Assembly (NCBI RefSeq): GCF_036321535.1
Contig: NC_087437.1
Span: 29,886,001 to 29,950,000 of the forward strand
Source of the DNA: Camelus dromedarius
Taxonomy: Eukaryota
Direction of reading: 5' to 3'
Length of the DNA stretch: 64,000 nt
The notes below the pieces were generated by a model. The model searched no databases and was not told the DNA's origin. It saw only the letters and a program-made list of their open reading frames with translations. Numbering within the stretch: the stretch's first letter is position 1; every line of letters begins with the position of its first letter. Made by a program: the position numbers and the translations under genes. Shown here one piece after another: positions 52,601 through 64,000 of the stretch.

Positions 52601-55471
52601 TACGTCTACGCCCTGGTTTTGTTGTTGTTGTTCTTAGAGTTCCATTTTATGCGGAGCGAGTCTCCTCCCTGCTTTAGAGATGCCGTGCTTTCTGCCTCTC
52701 GATGGGAGGGAGCTCCTTGGCACGGCTCTCGGAAGCCCCGGGTAATGTCGTGCGGTTTTGATGGCATCTAAGAGGGGGTGGGACTGATTCAATTGAAGCC
52801 ATTTCAAGAAGCGGCTCCTTTCAGCCAGGCAACAAGGAGTGTCTTGTTCTGTCCTCTGGAGTCCCTGTGAGGGGCCGCCGTGTCTAAGGGATGCTGTTAG
52901 CTTCCAGGCAGCATGCCACAGGAGCGAAAGATTTCATCTGGACTTCTGGAAGCTGGCTGCGGGGTGAGGCCCCCGCTAAAACCGGCCACTCAGTGCCAGA
53001 GACGTTCCACGGCCGGGGGGTCCCACATGCAGGACGGCGGCAGGGCCGTGTAAAGACGCCGAGGTCAGCCCAAGATGAGTCTGACGTGTTGGGTACCGCA
53101 TACAGAGACGCACAGGGCTCTTGTTAGGTTACTCTCGGCAAACAGCTCTTCATCCTTAAGATACTGTTTAGTTTTCAATTGCCTCTGTGCTTTGGGAATT
53201 CTAGTTGAGCCTGAATTTAAAAAGAGATCTTACCCAACAGAGAGATATCAAAGATTTAAGTGTTTGCTTGGGATTATTTTAAAGGAGGTTGTGCTTCTTG
53301 TTCTTATAAACCATCCTAAAGCCCTTTGTCCTGTATCAGGGAGAGAGTTTTTAAAAGCAAGATGGTGTCATCAGTTTCTGTGTAAACTGTGTGTATTACT
53401 CCTTGACACACCAGCTCCACCAGGGCCCATCCCCATTTTCTTTTAAATAAGTCTGTCTTGCAGCAGACTGCAGCTTCCGCCCTTCCTGCCTTCCCTCGTT
53501 ATTTTGTAAGCACCTGCTAGGGGACACTACATCACTGAGTCACTGATCTCCAGCTGCCTGGCTTATATTCTGATCTTACCACTTAGCAGTTTTACAATGA
53601 GCAGTATTCCAGACTTGAGCTTTGTCCTCTAAAAAGGGTAGAAATAATAAAGGTAATATTTTCAAGATTGTTGTAAAGATTAGATGGTACTTGCCAAATA
53701 CAAAAAAGTATGGTACCTCGCACATACGTGTTCCCTAATACTATTTACAAGACCCAGTTTCTGCCCTTGGGGAGTTTATGGCCCAATCAGAGAAACAGAC
53801 AAGGTGATAAAAGATTGGGGATAATGAGTGGGAATCTTATCAGAGGTCAGCATTTATTGAACTTCTGTTGTGCGCAGGCAGTGTTCTAGAGGTAGTGCGG
53901 TGAACTGAGTAGGTAAGATGCCTGCCTTCAGGAGGCCCACAGCTGCCCAGCGTGTGACAGAGCTGTGCAGAGGGGAGCGTGGGGACAGGAGCATCAGGAA
54001 GGGTTGGGGACGGCAGTGCGAGTCACGCATCAGATGCCATCTGGAGGTGAGGTTTGTGTTCTCAATACTGAGTGGATATGGTGAACAAAAGCAGCCAGGT
54101 GCAAAAGCACACAGTATTGTAGGATTCCATTTTCATCGAGTACAAGATTGGAAGAACTTGTGTATATGGTGGAAGTCAGAACAGCGGTGGCCTTGGCGGG
54201 TGGTTACTGGATGGACAGGCACAAAAGGGAACCTCCTGGCACGTCTGTATCTTGATCTGTGGCATGGGTATGTGGGTTTCCCTAAATACTCAGATCTGTA
54301 TGCATTGTAGCACAGTGCTTTAAAATAAAACAATTTGAGATGGTGATGGTGAGTGGGCAGAGCTTGCTAAAAACGGAGAGAAGGTTGTCCTTGAGAGTGA
54401 GAAGAACAAATAGGAAAGATGTGAAACAGTGGGAGGCGTTCCCGACTGTAAGAAGTCTGCTTTGCCTGCGTGGAAGGACGGGTGCACGTCAGGGCGTGAA
54501 GATGGGGTGACAGAGAGACGCATCTCTCAGCTGCAGGCCGTTACCAGGGGTAAAGGCACCCCTTCTTACGGAGGTGGAGTGGCAGGGCAGACACTGACCT
54601 TGGTTTGGATAGTTAATCTCGGAACTTCCTCCTTCAGACGGGCTCCTAGGAAGCCTACAGGAAATGATGGATGTCAAGTGCTGTATGTGCCGTGTATGGG
54701 TTTAATAAATGCTTCTTTAAAGATTTAAAGTGTGTACGTGTGTGTATGGTTTAGTTAATCGCAGTCCTAATGCTTCCAAATCAGAAACTCGGGGTTACTG
54801 TATTACGGAATAGTGCTTGCTTATCTGAACCTTTAATCCTTTTGTTAAATAATTACTCTGTTTCATGTAATTATAGCTGAATATTGTATAAAAAGTCTTG
54901 GTTTTGTCCCTTAAATTTTTTTGGCTGTAGTCACTAAACCATTTTAAGTATCTGAGAACAGTCAGTCAAAGAAAGTCTGTTTCAATAAGGTTTGTATTTG
55001 GCAATACTAGTTGTATGAGTAATGAAAGAACTTTAAATGTCAGGTTTCTCTTTTCAAAAATGGTTTGAATTTGGAGGAAAGGGAAAGGAAGAAGTGGAGA
55101 GAGACTTAGGATTTTTTTTTTAAATGAAATTTACTTTTCTGAAATGTTAAACATGAGATTGTGAGTAGTAAATCTTTTTGTGATTATGTTATTGTAATCA
55201 GCTCTTTATTACATGTTAAATTGTCATATGAGAAATTCCATTTAATCCCAAGGCAAATTCATTTAGAATTGTTTGACAGTGACTCATTTGGGGCCTATTT
55301 TAGATCGCTCAGATTATCATTTTTAAGTAACTCTTACCCTTGTTTTGAAGGCCAGCCGCTTACCTCTCTAGAAACTCTCCCGTTTTGGAGGAATGCCTTG
55401 GCATTCTCAAACATACTTCATTCTGTGTCTGAGCACCTTGAGTCTCAACTGGCCGTGTCCTTTGTGTTTAG

Positions 55472-55539
55472 GAGTGAGCGGGCCCGCTGGATAACCGCCC
55501 TAGGACACAGCAGTGGGAAGCAGCCTCCAGATCGAACCT
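55472..55539 (+). CDS. ARHGEF26: ARHGEF26 coding exon, PH C-terminal helix
   Basis: gtgtttag / gtaagt; 68 nt; SERARWITALGHSSGKQPPDRT (conserved PH Trp helix). Confidence 0.95.
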
Positions 55540-56786
55540 GTAAGTACCTGGAGGGCCATCCACTCTGGAACGTGGAGGGGCTCTGCCCCCTGCTGGACAC
55601 TAGTGGACACATTATTATTAATGGTTAACCATCACCATCCCTGCTTTGTGAGTTTCCTCCAAGGTTTCCTTCCTGCTGCCCTGCAGCAGCACTGGCTGCT
55701 CCCCATCTGGAAGTCAAAGGGTCTGGCTTCCAAGGTGCAGTTCTCTGCTGTGTGAACGTGGCAGATCACTGCATAGCCTTCCTGAGCCTCAAAAATCACC
55801 TGCAAGTCAGGTGCATCCTTACCTACAACACGGGGTTATTACAGTGAAGGTTAAGTTAAATTGACATTGAAGGCCCCACTTGTTCTGGAAAGCTCTTAAA
55901 TCTCCAGCTGTTTGCTCATGGGCAACAGTAGCATGTTTAAACCTCCATACTGATGGTCTGAGTCTAAGCTGAAATATACTTTTAACCTTCAAGAAAATTA
56001 CCCTTTCTTTTGACCTTTTTTATTCAAGTAACATTTTAAAAAAATTGTATTAACAGTAAAGGGTGCTGTCATGTGCTGTGCACCTGAACTTTGATGTGCT
56101 GCTGCTCTGGATGATTCTAGCTGGAAGGCCAAGTCCAGAGAATCAGGGCAGCAGAACTGGATATCCTGGAAGACTCAAAAATCAGCTTTAAGTTCAGAGT
56201 CAAAGCTAAAGTGATTGGTTTGAAAGTTCCCTAGAATCAAGTTTCATATTAAAAAAAAAAAAGTAATAACTCAGGTCAGCCAGTAGCAAGTCACTGAAGT
56301 TAAGGTTGAGCATTTGGGGGAAAGTCTAAAGTGTGTGTTTTCTAACTTCCGGTTGGAGCGCCTTTTATTTCTAAACTTCTTCGACAGCTTTCACATGCTG
56401 CTGCTGTTGGGCTGGGGGAGTGCCCTGGACAAGAGCCAGGAGAACTGGATATATCATTTTTGATTTTATCCTCAGTTGCATGGCCTTGCCACATTACCAA
56501 ATCTGTCTTGCCTGTTTCCCCAATGCACAAGGGCTGTTTTCGAGGGGATTCATGTATCATAAAAGGCCTCTTTTGATTCGATTCTGAGCTCCTAAAATTC
56601 TAAAGCTATTAGCCAAGTAAGGGAGTTCCTGGAAAAGATTTTCTGCTTCTTTTCAGAAACCTACCGTGTTTCTATCTGTGCCTGGCTCTGAATTGCACAG
56701 GGGGAAAAAAAAGTGAATGCAAACTATTGATTTGTACCTGTCTTGCTCTTCCTCTGCTAGTTTATCCTGTCCCTTTTCCCCCGCAG

Positions 56787-56891
56787 CACTGACCCAGGTG
56801 GAAATCATTAGATCGTTTACTGCCAAGCAGCCAGATGAGCTCTCCCTGCAGGTGGCAGATGTGGTCCTCATTTATCAACGTGTCAGCGATG
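56787..56891 (+). CDS. ARHGEF26: ARHGEF26 coding exon, SH3 domain
   Basis: ccgcag / gtgagt; 105 nt, phase 1-1; LTQVEIIRSFTAKQPDELSLQVADVVLIYQRVSD. Confidence 0.96.
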
Positions 56892-57387
56892 GTGAGTGGG
56901 AGCGTTCTTAGGGGCGCTGGTGGTCCAGCGTGCAGGGCCTCATTTTGTCCTCAGTGCTCAGGTCCCTAGCCCTTCAGTTTTCTCACAGGCATCTGCCTCT
57001 CCTTTATACTTTATTGCATCTAAATATTTTTGAACAGGATGCAGCCACATGGTTTCATATTCAGAGGGACCCATGAAAAGTTTTCCTTCTTTCGCACTCT
57101 CCCAGTGACCAAGTTCTCATCTCCAGAAGCTCTTCCTTCCTCTCTTTAAAAAAAAAGTCATTGACTTGCTACCCACAGCATCATCCCTTGCGACAGCTCG
57201 GCCCCAGTTCACACGGTCTCCCAGCTGACTCACTACAGGCTCTCTCATCACTTTGCATTATCCATGGACCCAACCTGGGGCAGGATGCTGCTGTTGAAAC
57301 GTGCTCATATCCTCCTCCCTTGGAGCTGGTAAGTCAAGATTCATCTAAATACTTGGTGCTCCATGAGGACTCTGCTCTTCCTTGCAG

Positions 57388-57530
57388 GCTGGTATGAAGG
57401 GGAGAGACTGCGAGATGGAGAAAGGGGCTGGTTTCCTATGGAATGTGCCAAGGAGATAACATGCCAAGCTACCATTGATAAGAATGTGGAAAGAATGGGA
57501 CGTTTGCTGGGACTGGAGACCAACGTGTAG
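57388..57530 (+). CDS. ARHGEF26: ARHGEF26 last coding exon: SH3 end, C-terminal class I PDZ-binding motif ETNV, stop TAG
   Basis: cttgcag acceptor; (G)WYEGERLRDGERGWFPMECAKEITCQATIDKNVERMGRLLGLETNV*; SH3 GWxEG...GWFP motif. Confidence 0.97.
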
Positions 57531-58174
57531 CCTCTCCCATGGTATTTAGTTACTGCACATTTGCACTACATGGTGGGCTGGTTGGTTCAGGGCTGTTTTT
57601 AATTTTAACACAGCCTATTTGTTAAAAGAATGGAAACACTTGCCTTTAAGCTTGCCAGGTGGTCCTGTTCTCTCAGAGGAACAGCTACTGGATCCAGGTA
57701 GCCAAACTCAGTTTGTGCACAGCGCTCCTTTTGCAGAAGGTAAACAGGACAGCTGAGCTGTCCACTTCAGGGGTCAGGCAGCCTCAGCTCCTGGTCTTAC
57801 CATGTTCTGGCATAAAAACAAAACGTATGTAAGACGCTGTGTCCTGGTTTTCTCCAGCTTCACTTCACCCCTTTCAACATCGCCTTCATGTGGTTCTTCC
57901 AGTGTTACCAGGGTTTTATGTCTTTAAGGAATGCCCACTTTTGTAAATATTTTCTGCCTCATATTTCAGACCTGATCCTAATGCTGTCTTCATTTCAGGA
58001 GGAACTGGTAGAGTTCTCAAGGTGAGCTAAGTTTTTCTAAATCTTTCCCCGGGAAAGGGGAATTGACACTTGAATTTTTGCTGCCTCTTTCCTCATTAGA
58101 AGGGAAAGTATGGAGTCTTTAAGATTTTTTTTAAATCCATCTCACCCAATATTGGTCTTAGATAAGTATAGCCT

Positions 58175-58180
58175 AATAAA
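58175..58180 (+). terminator. Candidate proximal polyadenylation signal AATAAA
   Basis: Canonical hexamer in the 3' UTR, but no clear downstream GU-rich element. Confidence 0.3.
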
Positions 58181-59459
58181 AACTAAGCTACTCTAACAAC
58201 ATAGAATTTAGATGGTTCATGCATGTGAGAAAATCCTAAATCTAGGACAGAGGTTCTACTTTTAAATAGTCCCCAATGAGCTGGTAAACTGACATGAGGC
58301 TGATTTGCCTTCAATAACGCAAGGTTTTTGACTGTTCTCCCATTTCCAAAAGGAAATTGGCTGAAACACACTTTTAACAATTTAATGATCTCAAGGAAGA
58401 TAAATTGGGCCTTAAAAAGTATCAAGCCAGCATGGTACCTAAATGAAACATAACATTTTGACCTTAATGGAAACTCCGTATCTTAATGGCAGGTGTCTGC
58501 AGAACTTTATTTCTCCCACTAGTGCCAGGAGAGAGAAAAGTCATTGTAATAGTACGTACATTTCATAAGGAGGGAATGCGGGTTTGGGAGACTTAGGGAG
58601 ATGGAGTGATGGTTCCTGGCAGCTACGTTCCCTCTCTGGCTACTCCGTTCTCTTCCACAGAGGGGGGCAAACCTGGCAGAGGAGGGTACATCAGTCAGGG
58701 ACTCAGAGCCACATGTGACACGCCCCAGATGCTGTCTGCCAGCCAGTTACCTGCTTGTGAGTAACGTGGCAGAAGGGAAGTGAGTGTGCCGGGCTCGCAT
58801 GCTCTGTCCCGTCACCACAGCACTGAGCCCACGAGGGGGGCACCTGTGGCCTCCTCCCTGGATTGCTCTTCTTTACCTGTGCACACATTTCTGAGCTCCT
58901 TGAGGTCTGGGTCAGTCCGTCAGTGAAGAACAGCAGTGGACACATAGCAAGCGAGGTCTCGGGGCTGGTAAAACAAGAACTCTTGTCTCCTCTTTGATGT
59001 CAGGCCTTTTAGAGGAAAGGCTAACAAGTTATAATCTGTGATGTCATTTAGGAAGGAAGGTAAATGTGTTGCTTGCAAAAGGATCATTTTGTATTATTTT
59101 TGCTAACAGCCTGTTGAAACTAAAAAGCAGTTATGCGAATCCTGTGAATTAATTTATAAGTAGAGATGTTACACAGTTCTGGAAATATGTGCATCTTATA
59201 AGTCAAAGCCTATTTGGCAAGCAGGTTAGTACTGTTGTTAGATGAAGTGTTTTACGGCAGGTATTAACACTGTGTTCCCTTCTGCCGTGAACTGTCGTTT
59301 TTACATGACACAGTATTGTTTTTCAAACCTAGTTGTTTCTATGAATAGCTTCTCTGAACTGTACAATGACTTCATTCAGTGACCTGTGGAGAACAAAAAT
59401 ACTCATTTGTGTCCCAATGAATTGAGACTGCTTGTACACTTTTGGCAAATATTTGAATT

Positions 59460-59465
59460 TATAAA
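59460..59465 (+). terminator. Candidate distal polyadenylation signal (TATAAA variant)
   Basis: Upstream TGTA (~59433), downstream tgttcttttgtgctggtgtg GU-rich element. Confidence 0.5.
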
Positions 59466-59846
59466 GACTTTGTATATACTTGTTCTTTTGTGCTGGTGTG
59501 ACTTAATTTGCTGTAGGATGTGTACATTTAAGTATATAGTTGGCTGAATTTTTGGCCAAATCAGAGCCCTACTCAAAAGGTGTCTGTAGCTAACACTGAA
59601 GGTGTCTGATCTTTCCTCTATGGATTCATGCTGGCCTTAGGAGCCTGGAGCATTTTTAAGAACTGGGCCAAGCTGTTTCTTCTCATAGTTTTCACAGAAC
59701 TGCATGACTGAATAGCTTACCTCAAATAGTTCATAAGCACCTGACTGCTGCCGACCCCTGCACGACACCCCCTCACTGACCCCGGCCGCCCAGCACCTGG
59801 ACCGGGTGCTCGTGCATCTTGGTGGAGGACAGAGAATGACTCCTCC

Positions 59847-60390
59847 TGCATTAATTTCTTTCCTGCATAACTAACACGTTTCCACACACTCAGTGGCTTA
59901 AAACAACACTCATTTATGATCTCACAGTTCTGATGGCTTGGCTGGATTCTCTGCTGAGAGTCTGAAAAGGCTGAAATCGGACTGTTGGTTTGACTGCTTT
60001 CAAGCTCACACCTGACTCGCAGAGTTCTGGCTGAGGCCCGTTTCCTTGCTGGCTGCTGTGCCAGGGGGACTGGAGGGGCTCGTGGCTTCCAGGGACTGGA
60101 ATTCATCGCCATGTGGCTCCTTCCATCTTCGAGGCAGCAGTGGCATGCTGAATCCCTCTCATGCTTGGACTCTCTCACTTCACCTTATGCTACCAGCTGG
60201 AGAAAACTCTGCTTTTAAAGAACTCATGTAGTCACATTAGACCCACAGGATAACCTCCTTTATGAGCTCAATGAACTGATTTGGGTCCCTAATTAGATGT
60301 GTAAAATCCCTTCGCCATGCAATTAATGCAATCACAGATTCAACACCAAGGAAGAGATCATGGGATCATCTTAGATTTCTGCCTACCACA
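59847..60390 (-). mobile_element. MaLR LTR (MLT1E-like)
   Basis: tcagtggcttaaaacaacactcatttatgatctcacagttctg ... atcttagatttctgcctaccaca. Confidence 0.8.
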
Positions 60391-61429
60391 CCCTCTGTAA
60401 AACCTTAAAATGCTATTTAGTTACCCAACATCTCTTGCAGCTAAAATAGAGCCATGTGATAGGGTACATAATCAATGGCCTCTTTGTTGGATTGTCACTC
60501 ACGCCAGTGACGGAAGAGGAGAGATACAGGGACTGTCATCTCTGGAAGTAGCAGGATGCATCCTCCTCTTTGGTCCATCATCCTCCGTCCCAAATTACTG
60601 GACTTTGGGAAGCAGCAGAGAGGCAGCGTTATTTGGATCTGCAATACTAAATAACACAGGTCAGAGTTTAGTGCCTACCATAATCTTTGTGTGAGCTGAG
60701 TCCCCCAGGGCTTCCTCTCAAGTGAAGAGATGACCCTAGAGGACCTCAAGCCTCACTCTTCGCGGTTCTAGCACATCGGAGTCTAGACGGAAGGAAACAA
60801 AACCTCACTCTGGAAGAAGCTACCATCACCTTAGTTCTGTTATTTCCGAAAAACAAATTCTCAAATGAAAGGTTCAGCAAAAATACTTTGAGACACAACA
60901 TCTGCATACAGAAGACAAAACAAAAAAAAAACTGATACACTTACAGGGACTCGAGAGTGAAATCATTAGACGATAAAATAATCGCTACATTTATGGAGAT
61001 AAAAGCCAAACTTTAAAATGCAATATAGAACTAACAACTATAAGAAGTGACAGAAAAAAAAAAAACAAAAACCCCAACTAGAAATTATGGAAGTGGGTTT
61101 AACACCAGATTTGGTAGTTCAGAGATACTGTAAACTGGAAAAGAGGCTAGAATAAACCCACAGGAAGCATGGAGAGAAGGCAAGGACTGAACTGTGGAGT
61201 CTCAGAGGAGAGGGGGAGAGGGAGCTTTGGCAGGGGGTCTGTGTCTTTCTAACCCTGCTCTGACCAGCCGTGGATGCAGGCTGTCTCCAGAAAGTGAAGT
61301 GACCCCCTTCACCTGAGGACAAGTCCCACAGAAAGCTGATGAGTGATGGCTGTCACATGGTTACACTTCCAGTCCACTGGCCCTGATAGAAGGCCTGGGC
61401 AGAAAGTCACAACGTTCACTACATGTAGC

Positions 61430-62230
61430 TATGTCAATATTAGATAAAAAGAGTCTTAAAAGGCATGACTAGAGACAGAGAGAGCCTACAGAATGATGAA
61501 AGTTTCATTTAACAAGGAACACAACAATTCTAAATATATTCTTCTAATAACATAGTTTCAATATACATAAAAGTTGGCAGAAATGAAAAATTAAATCCAA
61601 AGTCATAGCATGAGACTTTAACACATCTTTCTCATTTGATAGGAAAGACAGATAAAAGTGTAGAAGTAGATAAAAATCAGAGGAAGTAGATCTGAAGGAC
61701 AACAATAGGCATAAAAAAGGACATGCTGCTGCAGTTTCAGCATGTACATTCTTTTCAAGCACAGACTATTTACAACATTTGACTATTTCCTGGGTCATAA
61801 AACAAGTTTCAACAATTTTAAAGAACCGAAGTTATACAGAGTGAGATCTTTGATTACAACATAAGTTGGAAATCAATAACAAAAATTAAGAAATATCTAA
61901 ACTTTAACCTAAATGTAAGGTGCAAAACTGTGAAACTATCTAAACTTAAACCTAAATGTAAGGTGCAAAACTGTGAAACTCCTAGAAGATAACACAGGAG
62001 AAAATCTAGGTGCTCTTGGGTTTGGAGATGACTTTTCAAATATAACAGCAAAGACATGATCGATGAAAAAAAATTGATAAATTGAACTTCATTAAAAGAT
62101 AGGAGAATAAAATAGACAATCCACAGAGGAGAAGGAAATCTTGCAAAATGTATCTGATAACAGGATCAGCATCCACAATATACAAAGAACTTTTAAAACT
62201 CAGTAATTAGAAAACAAACAACCCAGTTAA
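61430..62230 (+). mobile_element. Old L1 ORF2 fragments (endonuclease region fused to a distal ORF2 piece)
   Basis: gagactttaacacatctttctca..., ctgggtcataaaacaagtttcaaca, cctaaatgtaaggtgcaaaactgtgaaactcctagaaga. Confidence 0.75.
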
Positions 62231-62859
62231 ATCACCAAGGAACTACTCTATTAAATGAAAGCTCTGCCAAAATGAATTTTATTTCCCACCAAGCTGCCTT
62301 CATTGTGTGAAGGTAACATATTCTGCACGGACTCAGAAATATATCATTCATTGTCTTAAAAAATTACTTGAAAAAAATTACTTGAAAATTCATACCAGAC
62401 CATCAAGACATGAATCACATCCTACCTAGAAAATGGGCAGTCACAGTTTAAAAGACGTTCCCTTACTCTGCAGGCCCGGTGGGACCCTGACATCTGTGGG
62501 AAAGGCCGGCTCTGCGGCGCTTCCACTTCAGCCGTCCTCCTTCGCCCCCACGCCTTTACACTGAGGTGTTTTCGCTCATGCCCTGCTGTTCCCCTCATGG
62601 CGGATGTGCAGCACCTTGGCATCATGACCACCTAGAACTGGTGCTATTTATTCCCTTCTGGCACTTGATAGCAGTGGCTTAACACTTTAGCCAACTGAAC
62701 TAGCCAACTGAAGAGTGGCACATTTTGCCATTTTCTAATCAATGAACTTACGATTTTCTGCACCTCTAAAATTCATAAAGAATAATCCCCTCTCTAATCA
62801 GATAAATCCTGGAAGTCCCAACTACTTGATACAAGGCGGAAAATCACAACATATAAGTA

Positions 62860-63650
62860 AGTATACGACCAAGGAAGACAGCAAGTAAGCACATGAATAC
62901 ACTCATCACTGATCATTACAGAAATACAACATAGAACCACAGTGAGCAATGACTCCACATCCACTAAAGGCCAAACTTAAACAACAAAAAATACCAAAGT
63001 AGGGGTGAGAACCTGAAACCCTTGAGACCATAATATATTGAGGATAGGTATTTAAAATGGTACACCCACTCTGGAAATCAGTTTGGCAATTTCTCATAAA
63101 GTTAAACACACTTACAATGACAACAACCCTAATCATAGGTACTTACCCAAGAGAAAAGTAAACATCTATCTACACATAGACCTGTGTACACAAGTTCATA
63201 GTAGCTTTATTTATAATAACAAAAAACCTGAAAATAACTCAAATGCCCACCAACCGGTGAACGGGAAAACTAGCTGTGGTGTAACCATACAATGCAGTAC
63301 TACTCAACAAAAAACGAACTGCTGACACAGGTAGCAACGTGTACATCTCAAAAGCATTATGTTAGTGAAAGAAGCTGGACACGAAAGACTGCATATGGTT
63401 CCATTTATCCAAAATTCTACAAAAGGCAAAACTAGTGATCAAAAGCAGATCAACAGTTGCCAGTGGGTGGAAGAGGGAGCAGAGGACTGACTGCAAAGGG
63501 AAACAAGGGACATTTTTAGGTGATAAGAATGTTCTGTATCAGGATTGTGATGGTAGCAATGACATGACTATATATTTGACAAAATTCATAGAATTATACA
63601 CTATAAATTGGATACTTATATATAAAACAGCATCTTAAAGCTTATTAAAA
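62860..63650 (+). mobile_element. Old L1 3' end (L1MC/MD-like)
   Basis: aaaatggtacacccactctggaaatcagtttggcaatttctcataaagttaaac...aaaaggcaaaacta..agcagatca.cagttgcc. Confidence 0.8.
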
Positions 63651-64000
63651 GTATGTAACAGTGGTAACATGTTTTTTTTTATTATGTAGTATTTCCAAAT
63701 ATTCTACAATGAGCATGTACTGTTTCTAATTCAGAAAATGCCACATAAAACTAATGAGCATATTATAAATATATGGTTATACCACATGATCACAATTACT
63801 TAAAAATAAACATACATAAACTCAGAGCTAAAAGAGGGGAATGAAAATTACCATTTACTTTGGGTAATGGAGTAATAAATAAATTCCTCCTACACTTTTC
63901 TAGGATTTCTAGCTTTTAGGGTGGATTTTGTTTTAAAAATGAAGAAGGGAAAATCACTTGCAATAATTGGTATATGTATACCTAAAGCTTTTGCCTAAGT

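Larger units (their letters stand above)
57531..59490 (+). other. ARHGEF26: ARHGEF26 3' UTR (approximate 3' end)
   Basis: Repeat-poor sequence after the stop codon, ending near TATAAA 59460-59465 followed by a GU/U-rich tract; repeats resume at ~59.85 kb. Confidence 0.6.

Noticed and set aside
55161..55628. 155-aa ORF
   Set aside because: Chance stop-free intronic extension in frame with the real 68-nt exon 55472-55539
57326..57387. Consensus donor CTG|GTAAGT in the last intron (possible cryptic exon 57179-57328)
   Set aside because: It would leave only a 59-nt intron, below the usual mammalian minimum, and the cryptic exon has an early stop in the required phase
1..64000. CRISPR arrays, operons, prokaryotic or viral coding systems; remaining short ORFs
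   Set aside because: No repeat-spacer arrays or long intronless ORFs were seen. The sequence is accounted for by one spliced mammalian gene plus interspersed repeats, and ORFs such as HTHTHT/CVCVCV are microsatellite translations

Overview
Mammalian genomic DNA, very likely from a camelid (camel, llama or alpaca), judging by three tRNA-Ala-derived Vic-1-type SINEs. The window holds the 3' half of ARHGEF26 (SGEF, a RhoG GEF) on the + strand. Nine GT-AG coding exons (7111-57530) splice into one open frame of about 375 codons, encoding the end of the DH domain, the PH domain, the SH3 domain and the C-terminal ETNV motif. A ~2 kb 3' UTR follows. Introns and the downstream flank are filled with L1, L2, MIR, MaLR/ERVL LTRs, hAT MITEs and microsatellites. 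Almost all entries in the ORF track are noise or repeat fragments. I found no convincing new biological system. The best leads are: (i) a candidate internal promoter and androgen-response module (~40.4-41.6 kb) upstream of an in-frame ATG giving exactly a 139-aa C-terminal isoform (CSGEF-like); (ii) inverted, lineage-specific SINE and L1 pairs bracketing coding exons; (iii) a compact NF-kB/Sp1/ETS/FOX motif cluster; (iv) a twin-primed L1 insertion. Repeat subfamily names come from recognition, not a database search, and their boundaries are approximate.
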